Origin: an uncultured Planctomycetota bacterium
GTDB lineage: Bacteria > Planctomycetota > Phycisphaerae > Sedimentisphaerales > UBA12454
NCBI GenBank assembly: GCA_903847315.1
Contig: CAINDG010000036.1
Coordinates: 3,587 to 67,586, forward strand
Length of the DNA: 64,000 nucleotides
Direction of reading: 5' to 3'
This document shows positions 1-9,088 of the stretch, one piece after another; position 1 is the first letter of the stretch, and each line of letters starts with the position of its first letter. The notes below the pieces were generated by a model. It saw only the letters and a list, made by a program, of their open reading frames with translations, did no database searches and was not told the DNA's origin. The position numbers were made by a program, and so were the translations under genes.

Positions 1-2989
1 ATCCGTTATCTGCCCAGCCGACATTTTGATATGTAGTCACAGATTTCATCTGGCTGGTCGTTAGACCTATGCCGCCGGCACTGGTTGCTTGTCCCGAAGT
101 CTCGACGTCCCAGAAACTGCTGCTAACATTGCCAGAATCGTTAAATCCCACCAGCCCGCCGACATAACTATTTCCGCTAACGGCTCCAGCAGCATAACAG
201 GCGGTAAGGTTACCATAATAATCGTATCCCACCAGTCCGCCGACATAATTATGGCCGCTGACAGTTCCCGTTCCCGTGGCGTAACATTTCTCAACGCTGC
301 CATTATTATTATATCCCACCATGCCGCCAACATTAATATTCCCAGTAACTGTACCCGTAGCATAACAAGTGATAAGGTTACCATAATAATCGTACCCAAC
401 CAGGCCGCCGATAGAATCGTTTCCGCTGACCATAGTCATGGCGTAACAGTTTTCAACGCTGCCATCATTCTCTCCCACCAAACCACCGACCGTATCATTT
501 CCAGTGACTGTTCCTGTGGCATAACAGTTCTCAATGCTGCCGTCATAATTATCTCCCGTCAAGCCGCCAATTTCATCACCTCCGCTGACTATACTTATAG
601 CATAACAGTTGGTGATAGTACTCATATTGTCCCCAACTAAACCGCCGACACTGCCTCCTCCAGTAACTGTACCAGTAGCGTAACACGCATTAATGCTGCC
701 CAAATTCTCTCCCGCCAAACCACCAATACTCCATCTATCACCTCTACCAACAACAATTCCAGCGACATAACAGTCGATGATAGTCCCATGATTTGACCCC
801 GCTAACCCGCCGACATAAGATTTGCCAACAATTCCGATATTCTCTACGCCTAAATTGCGAATCTGACTGCCGGAGCCGACATAACCGAACAGGCCAACGT
901 CATCGCTATTAGGCATATTTACGCCCGCGTTGCGAATAATATGACCGCTGCCATCGAATTCGCCGGTAAATTTTATACCGCTATTGCCAATTGGCGATAT
1001 TACTCCATCCCTGAAATCAAGGTCGTTCATCAAAATAAAATCTTTGTCCCAGAGTTCTGGATGACTGGTAAGAAACAGCCATTCGTAAACGGTTTTAATC
1101 TGATATGGGTCGGTTTCTGTACCGCTGCCGCTGCCTATCTCGTTCGGACAGGAGACGGTCAAATTTATTTTTGTAACCCCCACAGTACCGTTAGAATCTG
1201 CCGCAGGGTCTTGACTGACGACATACCCGACAGGAACGGTGTGACTGCTTATTAGGGTAAGAGAACCCATCACAAGCCCTGCATTTTTGACGGTATCTGC
1301 CGCCTCTTCAAAACTCATACCATTGACGTCAGGTACTTTGGCCGGTTTCCGGTCTTTCCACGCAAGATACGGATAGTTATTTTCAGGCATAATCCAGTCG
1401 GCGACATCACCATCAATTGTGGTAAAATCCCAGCCCGCCGATGTAAATGTAGAAAGTGTTTTCATTTGAGCAGTCGTCTTGCCTATCCCGCCGGCACTTG
1501 TTGTCCAGCCGGAAGTCTGGATATCCCAAAAAGAAGTACTGATACTACTGCTTTCAGTTTTATATCCCGCCAAACCGCCGATATAACTGTTTCCAGAAAC
1601 CGTACCAGTGGAATAACAGCTAGTGACGGAACCAGAACGAGAACTATCTCCCACTGAGCCTGCCAAACCGCCGACATAACTGTTTCCAGAGACCCTACCT
1701 GTGGCATAACAATCAGTGATAGTTCCACTATTTGATCCCACCAACCCGCCGACATAACTGTTTCCAGAAACCGTACCGGTGGAATAACAGCCAGTGATGG
1801 AGCCGGAACGATAACTATTATTTCCCATTGATCCTATTAAACCACCGACGTAGTTATTTCCGATAACCGTTCCTGTTGCGTAACAGCCGGAAATATCGTG
1901 TCCATAATTCCCGTCCCCGTAATTATATCCTACCAGCCCACCAACATAATCGTGGCCGCTGACTATTCCTGCAGCATAACAATTGGTAATAACGCCGTAT
2001 ATGTAATCCTTGAAATCTCCATGGTACACCCCTGCTAAATTCCTTCCCACTAATCCGCCGGCATAAGAGTTGCCCAAAATCGTTCCTGTCGCGTAGCAAT
2101 TACTGATATGACTGCCGCTGTTATATCCTACCAGACCACCGGTATACTGGTCACTTCCGGTAATATTGCCTGTGGCATAACAATTATCAATAGAGCCCTC
2201 TCGGCAGGAATCATCTAATATGCTATAGAACAATATATTATTCCCCACTAATCCGCCGACATAAGAATTGCCGCAAACAGTTCCTGTCGCGTAACAATCA
2301 CTGATAATGCCGCCGCTGTTATATCCTACCAAACCGCCGATACACTTAGTGCTTCCGGCAACATTGCCAGAGGCATAACACCTAGAAATATTTCCGAGAT
2401 TACTTCCCACAAGACCGCCCGTGTAACTATCGCCGGTAACTTTGTCCGTGGAAAAACAATTGCTGATAGTGCCGCGATTAGCTCCTGCTAGACCACCAAT
2501 AACGTAACCGTTAGAACTGCCGGTAACCTTACCCGTGGAAAAACAATTGCTGATGGTGGTGCCTTGAAGACTATTTCCCGCCAAACCTCCGACACAATAA
2601 TTTCCGATTATATTAACATCTGCGACACCTAAATTACGAATCTGACCGTTGGAACCAATACAGCCAAACAGACCGACGTAATTACTGTTGGGCAGATTTA
2701 TATCCGCATTGTGGATGATATGATTGTTGCCGTCAAAAACGCCGGTAAAATTAATGCTGCCATTACCTACCGGCGTTAGTGCAACGCCGGCTAAATTTAC
2801 ATCGGCTGTCATAATAAAATATTTGTTCCAATCGGCAGAAGTGGTCATCAAATTATTCCAATCGGAAACGGAGGCTATTCTGTATGGGTTGTTCGGTTCG
2901 CCGCTGCCGCCGGAGTAGGCAAAAACGGATGAAAATAGACAGGAGACAAGGCCGGTGATAACTAATACCTTGCGGTATGTATAAAACAC
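1..2989 (-). CDS. GLUG-motif repeat protein with internal PASTA-like domain, secreted; 3' end runs off the window start
   Basis: Absent from the ORF track because no stop lies inside the window. Hand translation of the minus strand from GTG 2989 (GGAGGA 8 nt upstream) stays open to position 1; frame checked at 2989, 1498 and 10. The N-terminus VFYTYRKVLVITGLVSCLFSSVFA is signal-like. Two blocks of ~23-aa repeats of form xVGGLVGxNxGxIxNCYATGxVxG each end in SSFWDxxTSGxxTSAGGxGxTTxQMK. The blocks are separated by VPDVNGMSFEEAADTVKNAGLVMGSL..VVSQDPAA (PASTA-like, ~1150-1345). Confidence 0.75.
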   Translation of the reverse strand, partial: MFYTYRKVLVITGLVSCLFSSVFAYSGGSGEPNNPYRIASVSDWNNLMTTSADWNKYFIMTADVNLAGVALTPVGNGSINFTGVFDGNNHIIHNADINLPNSNYVGLFGCIGSNGQIRNLGVADVNIIGNYCVGGLAGNSLQGTTISNCFSTGKVTGSSNGYVIGGLAGANRGTISNCFSTDKVTGDSYTGGLVGSNLGNISRCYASGNVAGSTKCIGGLVGYNSGGIISDCYATGTVCGNSYVGGLVGNNILFYSILDDSCREGSIDNCYATGNITGSDQYTGGLVGYNSGSHISNCYATGTILGNSYAGGLVGRNLAGVYHGDFKDYIYGVITNCYAAGIVSGHDYVGGLVGYNYGDGNYGHDISGCYATGTVIGNNYVGGLIGSMGNNSYRSGSITGCYSTGTVSGNSYVGGLVGSNSGTITDCYATGRVSGNSYVGGLAGSVGDSSRSGSVTSCYSTGTVSGNSYIGGLAGYKTESSSISTSFWDIQTSGWTTSAGGIGKTTAQMKTLSTFTSAGWDFTTIDGDVADWIMPENNYPYLAWKDRKPAKVPDVNGMSFEEAADTVKNAGLVMGSLTLISSHTVPVGYVVSQDPAADSNGTVGVTKINLTVSCPNEIGSGSGTETDPYQIKTVYEWLFLTSHPELWDKDFILMNDLDFRDGVISPIGNSGIKFTGEFDGSGHIIRNAGVNMPNSDDVGLFGYVGSGSQIRNLGVENIGIVGKSYVGGLAGSNHGTIIDCYVAGIVVGRGDRWSIGGLAGENLGSINACYATGTVTGGGSVGGLVGDNMSTITNCYAISIVSGGDEIGGLTGDNYDGSIENCYATGTVTGNDTVGGLVGENDGSVENCYAMTMVSGNDSIGGLVGYDYYGNLITCYATGTVTGNINVGGMVGYNNNGSVEKCYATGTGTVSGHNYVGGLVGYDYYGNLTACYAAGAVSGNSYVGGLVGFNDSGNVSSSFWDVETSGQATSAGGIGLTTSQMKSVTTYQNVGWADNG

Positions 2990-3061
2990 AATTAAGTCCT
3001 CCTGTACTCCTATAAAAACTCGACTACAACAGGATACCGTATCTATGCTAAAAATGCAAGC

Positions 3062-3091
3062 TTTTTCAGCCTGTGAAATACTTTAACAGGA
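3062..3091. repeat. 30-bp direct repeat, copy A (relic of the lipB 3' end; partner at 4465-4494)
   Basis: TTTTTCAGCCTGTGAAATACTTTAACAGGA versus TTTTTCAGCCTGTGAAATGCCTTAAGAGGA at 4465-4494, 27/30 identical. On the minus strand copy A reads ..LLKYFTG* and genuine lipB ends ..LLRHFTG*. Confidence 0.7.
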
Positions 3092-3103
3092 GAGATTATT
3101 TCG

Positions 3104-4312
3104 CTAAAAACCCAAGTTAATAAACACTCCTGAAGGATTTATCGGTATGTGAATAGGGTTGCCTTTCTCGATTTCTCCACAATACTGCTTCCAATGATAA
3201 TCGACAAAAGGCTGCGACTTGAAATGATGCGCAGATGCAACCAAAATCATCAACAGTAATACAGGCACTATTAACCGTTTGATCAGGTTTGGAGAATTCA
3301 GGCAGATTGTCAGACTCCACATTACCATTACATAAGGTATATAAAAATATCGCTCTCCATTTGTAAAGGCATAGGCAACTATTTCAGGGGACGGGCCGAA
3401 CTTGTAAAGTGTACTTAATGCAATGGCGATTCCGAAAAAAAGGAACAGTCCTACCAGGTATAATTGTTTTCTCGAACTCGCAAGCCATATCAAAACTATC
3501 GGCATCATCATCGCAAAAACAGCCAAAATGATTGGATTAATCATAGCTAAAATTTTGTTTTCCAGAAATAGTTGACCAAAAAGTCTAACCCCCAGTAAGT
3601 TGGCCCACGTATTTATGTCGCTGCAAATCTGGCCCAGGCTTCCGCCCATTTCAGAGATGTTAGTAGTATTAAAAATATACCATCCCTGGATTGAAGCACA
3701 CAGCAAAACAGTCAACAATATTCCATAATTATGAAGGGATTTTCTTGTAAAACATTTTGCGATGAATAACGGCAACAGAAAAAGCATAAGAGGGCCGGTT
3801 AATCCACAGAATATAATAATCAAATAATCTGAAAGATATTGGTAAAATTTAACGGGCGGTTCTTCGGAAAGCAATATCAGCGGCAGAAAACATAGATACC
3901 ACTGAATGTTTGTAATATTCATAAACACTTCCCCGTAGTGAGGTACCAATATCATAGACAATGCGAGCAGCGGTTTGAATGGAATAGAGCAGCGAGAACT
4001 AAAAATCGCTCCGCCTACAAGCAACATTGCTGCAAAAGCGGAATAATTGTATATTGTCGGCATCATTGAAAGAGGAAACAATGATGCAATACAGGCGATT
4101 AGTCTTGGAACTAAATGCAAATAGCCGGCATGTGGGATTGTGATACTTTTAAAACCGCCGTAACATATATAATCCTTGAAGAATACCGTACCATCTTCAG
4201 CCCAGAACTGCGGATTTAAAAAGGTGTCTGGTTTCCGGCAAAATAAAAGAACCGCCATAGATATCAGCGTAGCCAGACAGATTTTTTTGGGCTTAGACAG
4301 GATTGGTAACAT
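3104..4312 (-). CDS. polytopic integral membrane protein of unknown function (loosely GT-C/polymerase-like)
   Basis: 402-aa ORF made almost entirely of hydrophobic segments (about 10 predicted by eye) with no soluble domain. Bracketed by the 30-bp direct repeats. Confidence 0.6.
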   Translation of the reverse strand: MLPILSKPKKICLATLISMAVLLFCRKPDTFLNPQFWAEDGTVFFKDYICYGGFKSITIPHAGYLHLVPRLIACIASLFPLSMMPTIYNYSAFAAMLLVGGAIFSSRCSIPFKPLLALSMILVPHYGEVFMNITNIQWYLCFLPLILLSEEPPVKFYQYLSDYLIIIFCGLTGPLMLFLLPLFIAKCFTRKSLHNYGILLTVLLCASIQGWYIFNTTNISEMGGSLGQICSDINTWANLLGVRLFGQLFLENKILAMINPIILAVFAMMMPIVLIWLASSRKQLYLVGLFLFFGIAIALSTLYKFGPSPEIVAYAFTNGERYFYIPYVMVMWSLTICLNSPNLIKRLIVPVLLLMILVASAHHFKSQPFVDYHWKQYCGEIEKGNPIHIPINPSGVFINLGF

Positions 4313-4464
4313 ATGGTTCTCTCATCTTCGTCTTTTCTGCTATCGTTTCCGGCCTATTTTATAAATACAATTAACCCGGGATTTCCCGTTTAAATCTGCT
4401 CAGCTACGCTGCTGAGCTTTATTTCTACTAATAGAGAATATCAAACCTATCTTAAAAAATCAAT

Positions 4465-4494
4465 TTTTTCAGCCTGTGAAATGCCTTAAGAGGA
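4465..4494. repeat. 30-bp direct repeat, copy B (authentic lipB 3' end plus stop plus 4 nt)
   Basis: See copy A. Overlaps the last 8 codons and the stop codon (4469-4471) of lipB. Confidence 0.7.
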
Positions 4495-5134
4495 TTGTTT
4501 TTAGGGTATTTTTGGCGGTTTTGATGTCAATTTTTTTGCCGAGTTCGATTTGGGCGTTTGTCATTTTAACATTATCGAGGCCGCAGGGTACAATTAAATC
4601 AAAAATACTCAAATCATTATTGATATTGATTGCTATGCCGTGAAACGTAATCCATTTTTTAATCTGCACACCGATTGAGGCGATTTTTAACCACGGATTT
4701 CGCGGATTTAACGGATTTTTATTTTCAACCCATAGGCCGGGGAATTCTTTTTTGGTTTGGCAGTTTACGCCCAGTTCTGCGAGAAATTCGATTCCAATTT
4801 TTTCGAGCAGATGGACAAAATCGCTTACGCCGAGCGAATGTTTTTTGAGATTGATAATCGGATATACGACAATTTGGCCGGGGTTGTGGGCGGTGGTTCC
4901 GCCGCCGCGACGGATTTGAAAGATTTCGATGCCGGCCTGTTTGATCGCGTCAGGGTCTTTTGTGAGTTTGTTTGCACTTTCTCTTGCGCCGAGGGTGATA
5001 ACAGGGGGATGCTCGACGATAAATATAGTATCTTTTCCTGTGCCGGCGAGCAGATCTTGAAGGGCGTTTTCCTGCATCGCCAGTACGGTTTTATAATCCT
5101 TTATGCCGCAATCAATTATGTTAATGTCTATCAT
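4469..5134 (-). CDS. lipB: lipoyl(octanoyl) transferase LipB
   Basis: 221 aa with FIVEHPPVITLG, RRGGGTTAHNPGQIVVYPI, KIASIGVQ..TFHGIAININ and PCGL motifs typical of octanoyl-[ACP]:protein N-octanoyltransferase. Confidence 0.9.
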   Translation of the reverse strand: MIDINIIDCGIKDYKTVLAMQENALQDLLAGTGKDTIFIVEHPPVITLGARESANKLTKDPDAIKQAGIEIFQIRRGGGTTAHNPGQIVVYPIINLKKHSLGVSDFVHLLEKIGIEFLAELGVNCQTKKEFPGLWVENKNPLNPRNPWLKIASIGVQIKKWITFHGIAININNDLSIFDLIVPCGLDNVKMTNAQIELGKKIDIKTAKNTLKTILLRHFTG

Positions 5135-5215
5135 CTTATCACGAAAGGCAGATTATATCGGCCGACGGCAATAGACACAATCTTTGGGATTAGGTAATTT
5201 TTTTTAAGATTTTAC

Positions 5216-5250
5216 TTGACATTACATACTATGTAATACATACTATGTAA
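5216..5250 (+). promoter_or_regulatory. putative PadR promoter with two tandem 13-bp palindromic operator sites
   Basis: TTGACA at 5216-5221 is followed immediately by TACATAcTATGTA at 5223-5235 and again at 5237-5249. Both are perfect palindromes with a 14-bp period, and they lie 30 nt upstream of the PadR ATG. Confidence 0.5.
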
Positions 5251-5278
5251 AAAATAATATTTTTCAGGAGTTTATCAT

Positions 5279-5620
5279 ATGAAATTTGAACGTGAACTTT
5301 TAAAAGGGATTGCCCCGGTAGTGGTTCTTGAGGTTTTGTCGCGCGGCAGGATGTACGGCTACGAACTGACGGAGGCAATTGAATCAAAAAGCCAGAAAGT
5401 CCTGACACTTGGGCAGGGGACGCTTTATCCGCTGCTTTACAATCTCGAGGCGCAGAAACTTGTCAAGGGCGAGTGGGAAACAAGCGAATCCGGCAGAGAT
5501 CGCAAGTATTATTCCATTACGAGCAAGGGCAAGGAAAAACTCGATACCGACAAAGTCCAACTTGCGGATTTATTCAAGGCCTTGAAGCTTGTATTCGGGA
5601 CGTCTGTCGTACCTGCATAA
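5279..5620 (+). CDS. PadR family transcriptional regulator
   Basis: 113 aa with MYGYELTEAI, GTLYPLLYNLEAQKLVKGEWE and RKYYSITSKGKEKL, a canonical PadR winged helix. Confidence 0.9.
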   Translation: MKFERELLKGIAPVVVLEVLSRGRMYGYELTEAIESKSQKVLTLGQGTLYPLLYNLEAQKLVKGEWETSESGRDRKYYSITSKGKEKLDTDKVQLADLFKALKLVFGTSVVPA

Positions 5621-5639
5621 ATTTTATAGAGGATTTATT

Positions 5640-7313
5640 ATGGTAAACAAGGATAGTAAAAATTCGTTCAGCAACCTGCCGAGTTGCGCCGCTGATTATA
5701 TCAAGCTGATTATCAAAAAGATGCGATGGCAGAAAAAGACGAGGAAAGACGTAGAGGCTGAACTTATCGCTCATTTTGAAGACGCTTTGAAAGACTGCAA
5801 AACAGAGGGGGAAAAACAAACAACAGCGGAGAAACTTATTACAGAATTCGGCGATGCAAAACTTATAGCCACTCTTGCCAGACGCGCGAAAAAACGCTGC
5901 CGACCGCTTTGGCAGAAAACCTTAATCGGAGCTTTTCAGGTCATTGGTATAATAATTGTATTATTTATTTTATATGTAAGCTGGTTTATCAGCGGCAGGC
6001 CGAAAATAACTTTCAATTACGTTGCGGAACTTAACCGGATTGTGAAACCATCCGATAGCAATGAATCACAAAACGCGACTTTTTATTATTCCAAGGCTGC
6101 AAAGGGAATTGAACCCTTTCCTGAAAACCTTAAAAACATTTTCGGAAAATCATATTATGAATGTAATGAACCTGAAAAAAGGCAGGGTCAGGACTGGCTG
6201 GCGAAGAATCAGCAAGTTCTGAATCTCGTCGCCACCGGCTCTGAAAAACCTTACTGCTGGGATAAATATGAATCGAAAAATAACGATATGATGTCTGTTC
6301 TATTACCGCATCTTAAAGAATACAAAGATATCGCACGAATATTGTGCTGGAAAGCGTGTTTTTCGGCATCGGAGGGGAATTACCGTCAGGGGTTTGAAGA
6401 TATCATAACAACATACAAATTGGGAAAGCATATAAAGACTGAGCCTATACTAATCGAGCAGCTTGTTGGTATCGCAATAGAAAACCTGTCCGCACAGAAT
6501 TTGCGGCAAATTCTAATCAGGTATAACATAGACGCTTTGGAACTTCGAAAAGTCCAGGATGAACTGTCGACAATTACCCAGAATGAAACATTCAGGATGA
6601 ATTTCAAGGCTGAAAAATTCTGTATGTATGACGCAATACAACAGTTGTTCACCGATGATATTTTCGGAGGACATATTTATCTTAAAGAATTCTGGAAGTT
6701 GATGAGCGAAATAATCGGCGCAAATGGTACACAGAAACAGGGATTTTGGGTAAGTTCAAAATCACTTTTTCAGGCCTTATTTATTCAGCCGGGAAAAAAG
6801 GAAACGCTTAAATCCGCCAATGAAATATATGATGATTACTATGGGAAATTATCGGCGTTAACACTGTTTGAGCAGCGAAGTATGGCAACCAATATGCATA
6901 AGAAATTACAGGAATTAGCAAGCAAAAATATGTTTTTGACTATTCTCTATCCGGGGTTTGATAAAATTTCAGGCTTGGCTTACGTAAATAAGGCTGAAAT
7001 ACAGGCCACGACGGCGATAATAGCTATAATTCGCTACAAACAGGAAAATGGGGGGACGTATCCTGATAAACTCGAACAGCTATTGGATAAGGGTTTATTA
7101 AAAGAGATACCGCTCGATCCTTATAGCGACAAGCCTTTAGTTTACAAAAAAACTGAAAACGGATTTACCTTATACAGTGTTGGTGATGATTTTGTTGATA
7201 ATGGCGGCAAAGCGTGTAAAAAACAAGCGGGCAGGAGCAGTATTTGGCCATCTGATTCAAATGACAGCGATGCGGTTCTCTGGCCGATAGTGCATTCCAC
7301 AAATAAAAAATAG
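5640..7313 (+). CDS. PadR-associated membrane-anchored protein (N-terminal permease-prefix/HAAS-like helix, one TM, large extracytoplasmic helical domain, GspG-like C-terminal tail)
   Basis: Start moved to ATG 5640 (AGAGGA 7 nt upstream); the track start 5589 overlaps the PadR end. Contains DVEAELIAHFEDALKDC after the PadR gene and a TM segment LIGAFQVIGIIIVLFILYVSWFI. The C-terminus DPYSDKPLVYKKTENGFTLYSVGDDFVDNGG resembles the pseudopilin G C-terminal motif. Confidence 0.65.
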   Translation: MVNKDSKNSFSNLPSCAADYIKLIIKKMRWQKKTRKDVEAELIAHFEDALKDCKTEGEKQTTAEKLITEFGDAKLIATLARRAKKRCRPLWQKTLIGAFQVIGIIIVLFILYVSWFISGRPKITFNYVAELNRIVKPSDSNESQNATFYYSKAAKGIEPFPENLKNIFGKSYYECNEPEKRQGQDWLAKNQQVLNLVATGSEKPYCWDKYESKNNDMMSVLLPHLKEYKDIARILCWKACFSASEGNYRQGFEDIITTYKLGKHIKTEPILIEQLVGIAIENLSAQNLRQILIRYNIDALELRKVQDELSTITQNETFRMNFKAEKFCMYDAIQQLFTDDIFGGHIYLKEFWKLMSEIIGANGTQKQGFWVSSKSLFQALFIQPGKKETLKSANEIYDDYYGKLSALTLFEQRSMATNMHKKLQELASKNMFLTILYPGFDKISGLAYVNKAEIQATTAIIAIIRYKQENGGTYPDKLEQLLDKGLLKEIPLDPYSDKPLVYKKTENGFTLYSVGDDFVDNGGKACKKQAGRSSIWPSDSNDSDAVLWPIVHSTNKK

Positions 7314-7428
7314 AGGTTAAAAATTTTTAAAAAGGTCTGAACAAAGTTTTGCCGGCCAGCGTATAGTTTAACAAGAAAAGTAAATAGCAATGATTCTTAT
7401 TCGCCTCCTCCTATGCTACATAGATAGC

Positions 7429-7465
7429 GGCGGTCTTTAGAGCATTAAAGGCCGCCTTTCCTTTG
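7429..7465 (+). terminator. rho-independent terminator between convergent genes
   Basis: GGCGGTCTTTA-gagcat-TAAAGGCCGCC, an 11-bp stem with one G.U pair, followed by TTTCCTTTG. Confidence 0.6.
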
Positions 7466-7475
7466 CGCCCTATAA

Positions 7476-8516
7476 TTAAAGTAATTTAATACCCGCTTGT
7501 CGGCATTTATCGAGCATATCCTTCGGCCAGACGCTTGAGTGGACCTCGCCGACGTGTATTTTTCTCAGCAGGAACATACATAATCTTGATTGTCCGATAC
7601 CGCCGCCGATGCTTAGGGGCAGTTCTCCGTTCAGCAGTCTTTTGTGCCAGGCGAATTCCGTCCTGTTCAGCGCGTTCCGGATTTTGAGTTGCTTGAGCAT
7701 TGCATCTCTATCAACGCGAATACCCATAGAGCTTATTTCAAAACCCCTTTTCAGGATTGGATACCATAAAAAGATGTCGCCGTTAAGGCCTTTTCTGCCG
7801 TTGACTGTCGGCGTAGTCCAGTCGTCATAGTCAGGCGCTCTGCCGTCGTGGATTGTGCCGTCGGCAAGTTCGCCGCCGATGCCGATTATAAAGACCGCGC
7901 CGTGTTCTTCGGAGATTTTGTCTTCCCGCTGTCTCGGCGTAAGGTCGGGATACATTTCGAGAAGTTCTTCGGTGTGAACAAACTGGATGTCCTTCGGCAG
8001 GACAGGCGTTATTTGCGGATATAAACTGCGGAGGTGATTTTCGGTTTCGCGAACGGCGTTATAGATTTTTCGCACTATGGTTTTGAGAAAGTCGAGATTT
8101 CTCTGCTCTGGGGTAATAACCCTTTCCCAGTCCCACTGGTCAACGTATAGCGAATGGAGGTTATCCATCGATTCCTCGTCGGGCCTGATGGCGTTCATAT
8201 CGGTGTAAAGACCTTCATCGGCTTTGAAGTCGTAATCGGCAAGAACCATTCGCTTCCACTTGGCGAGGGAAAATACGACCTCGGCATCGGCATCGTTGTC
8301 ATCTCTTATCTGGAAGGTTACCTTTCTTTCGATACCGTTAAGGTCGTCGTTGATGCCTGAACCTTTGCGGACGAAAAGCGGAGCGGAGACCCGCTGAAGA
8401 CTTAAATTCCAGGCGAGCGCCTGTTCGAAATAATCCTTTATTTCCTTTATGGCTTTTTCGGTCTCCCTAAGCGGAAGGATAGATTTGTATTTCGGGTCAA
8501 TATATAAGTTCGACAT
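7476..8516 (-). CDS. asnA: aspartate--ammonia ligase (asparagine synthetase A)
   Basis: 346 aa, collinear with E. coli AsnA as I recall it: SLAKWKR, LYTDMNAIRPDE, LHSLYVDQWDWERV, GAVFIIGIGG, RAPDYDDW, GLNGDI, SSMGIRVD, GGGIGQSRL. Confidence 0.9.
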   Translation of the reverse strand: MSNLYIDPKYKSILPLRETEKAIKEIKDYFEQALAWNLSLQRVSAPLFVRKGSGINDDLNGIERKVTFQIRDDNDADAEVVFSLAKWKRMVLADYDFKADEGLYTDMNAIRPDEESMDNLHSLYVDQWDWERVITPEQRNLDFLKTIVRKIYNAVRETENHLRSLYPQITPVLPKDIQFVHTEELLEMYPDLTPRQREDKISEEHGAVFIIGIGGELADGTIHDGRAPDYDDWTTPTVNGRKGLNGDIFLWYPILKRGFEISSMGIRVDRDAMLKQLKIRNALNRTEFAWHKRLLNGELPLSIGGGIGQSRLCMFLLRKIHVGEVHSSVWPKDMLDKCRQAGIKLL

Positions 8517-8593
8517 ATCCGGCTCCTTAAAAAGTTTCGAGGGGGTATTATAAGGATTTTGCCGGTTTTGGCCAGAAAAAAGGTTTTGACCTA

Positions 8594-9088
8594 ATGTTCC
8601 GGCCCATTTACACTGTGATTATGAAAATCAGCGGACTATTTTCAGGAACAAATAAGAAATATTTTGCCTCCGAGCTTGTTTCTTATATCACAGCGGCGGC
8701 AATGGCAAGCGCCTCGGCGGCAATAACGGACTTATTCACTAATTCCGATTTGATAATTACCCTTGTTTCAACAATCGGCGGCACTGCGGGGTTTATCGTC
8801 GGCGGTCTGGGCTGCTACGCGATTTTGAACATCGGTGAATATAAAACCGGAAAGAGAAATTTTACGCTCGATATGAAATCAATGTTCATTTCGAATATTC
8901 ACGGTATCTGGGTAACTTATATTATCAGGATTCCTTTCCAGTATATTTTGCAGAAAATCGGAGTGACTCCCGCCGTTGCCGCGCCGGTTGCACAGGTTGT
9001 CTGCGGACAGGTCGGGTCTGTTGTCAGGATTTACAGCAATTATAAAAAGAAAATTTTCGGTGCAGGTTCGCGGGATGTCGAAACTTAA
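8594..9088 (+). CDS. small hydrophobic membrane protein, unknown function
   Basis: 164-aa ORF with 3-4 hydrophobic segments. The start is uncertain (alternative ATG at 8621). It overlaps the downstream glycosyltransferase start by 14 nt. Confidence 0.4.
   Translation: MFRPIYTVIMKISGLFSGTNKKYFASELVSYITAAAMASASAAITDLFTNSDLIITLVSTIGGTAGFIVGGLGCYAILNIGEYKTGKRNFTLDMKSMFISNIHGIWVTYIIRIPFQYILQKIGVTPAVAAPVAQVVCGQVGSVVRIYSNYKKKIFGAGSRDVET

Noticed and set aside
67-640. Track ORFs 67-399(-) and 89-640(+), plus similar ones at 941-1255, 1466-1755 and 2724-2918
   Set aside because: They are off-frame or antisense shadows of the long GLUG-repeat gene. For example, SAGWWD is the +1 reading of VGGLVG. The true frame runs 2989 to 1 on the minus strand.
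5589-5639. Upstream start (MYSGRLSYLHKFYRGFI) for the PadR-associated membrane protein
   Set aside because: It overlaps the PadR 3' end by 32 nt and has no RBS. ATG 5640 has AGAGGA at the proper spacing.
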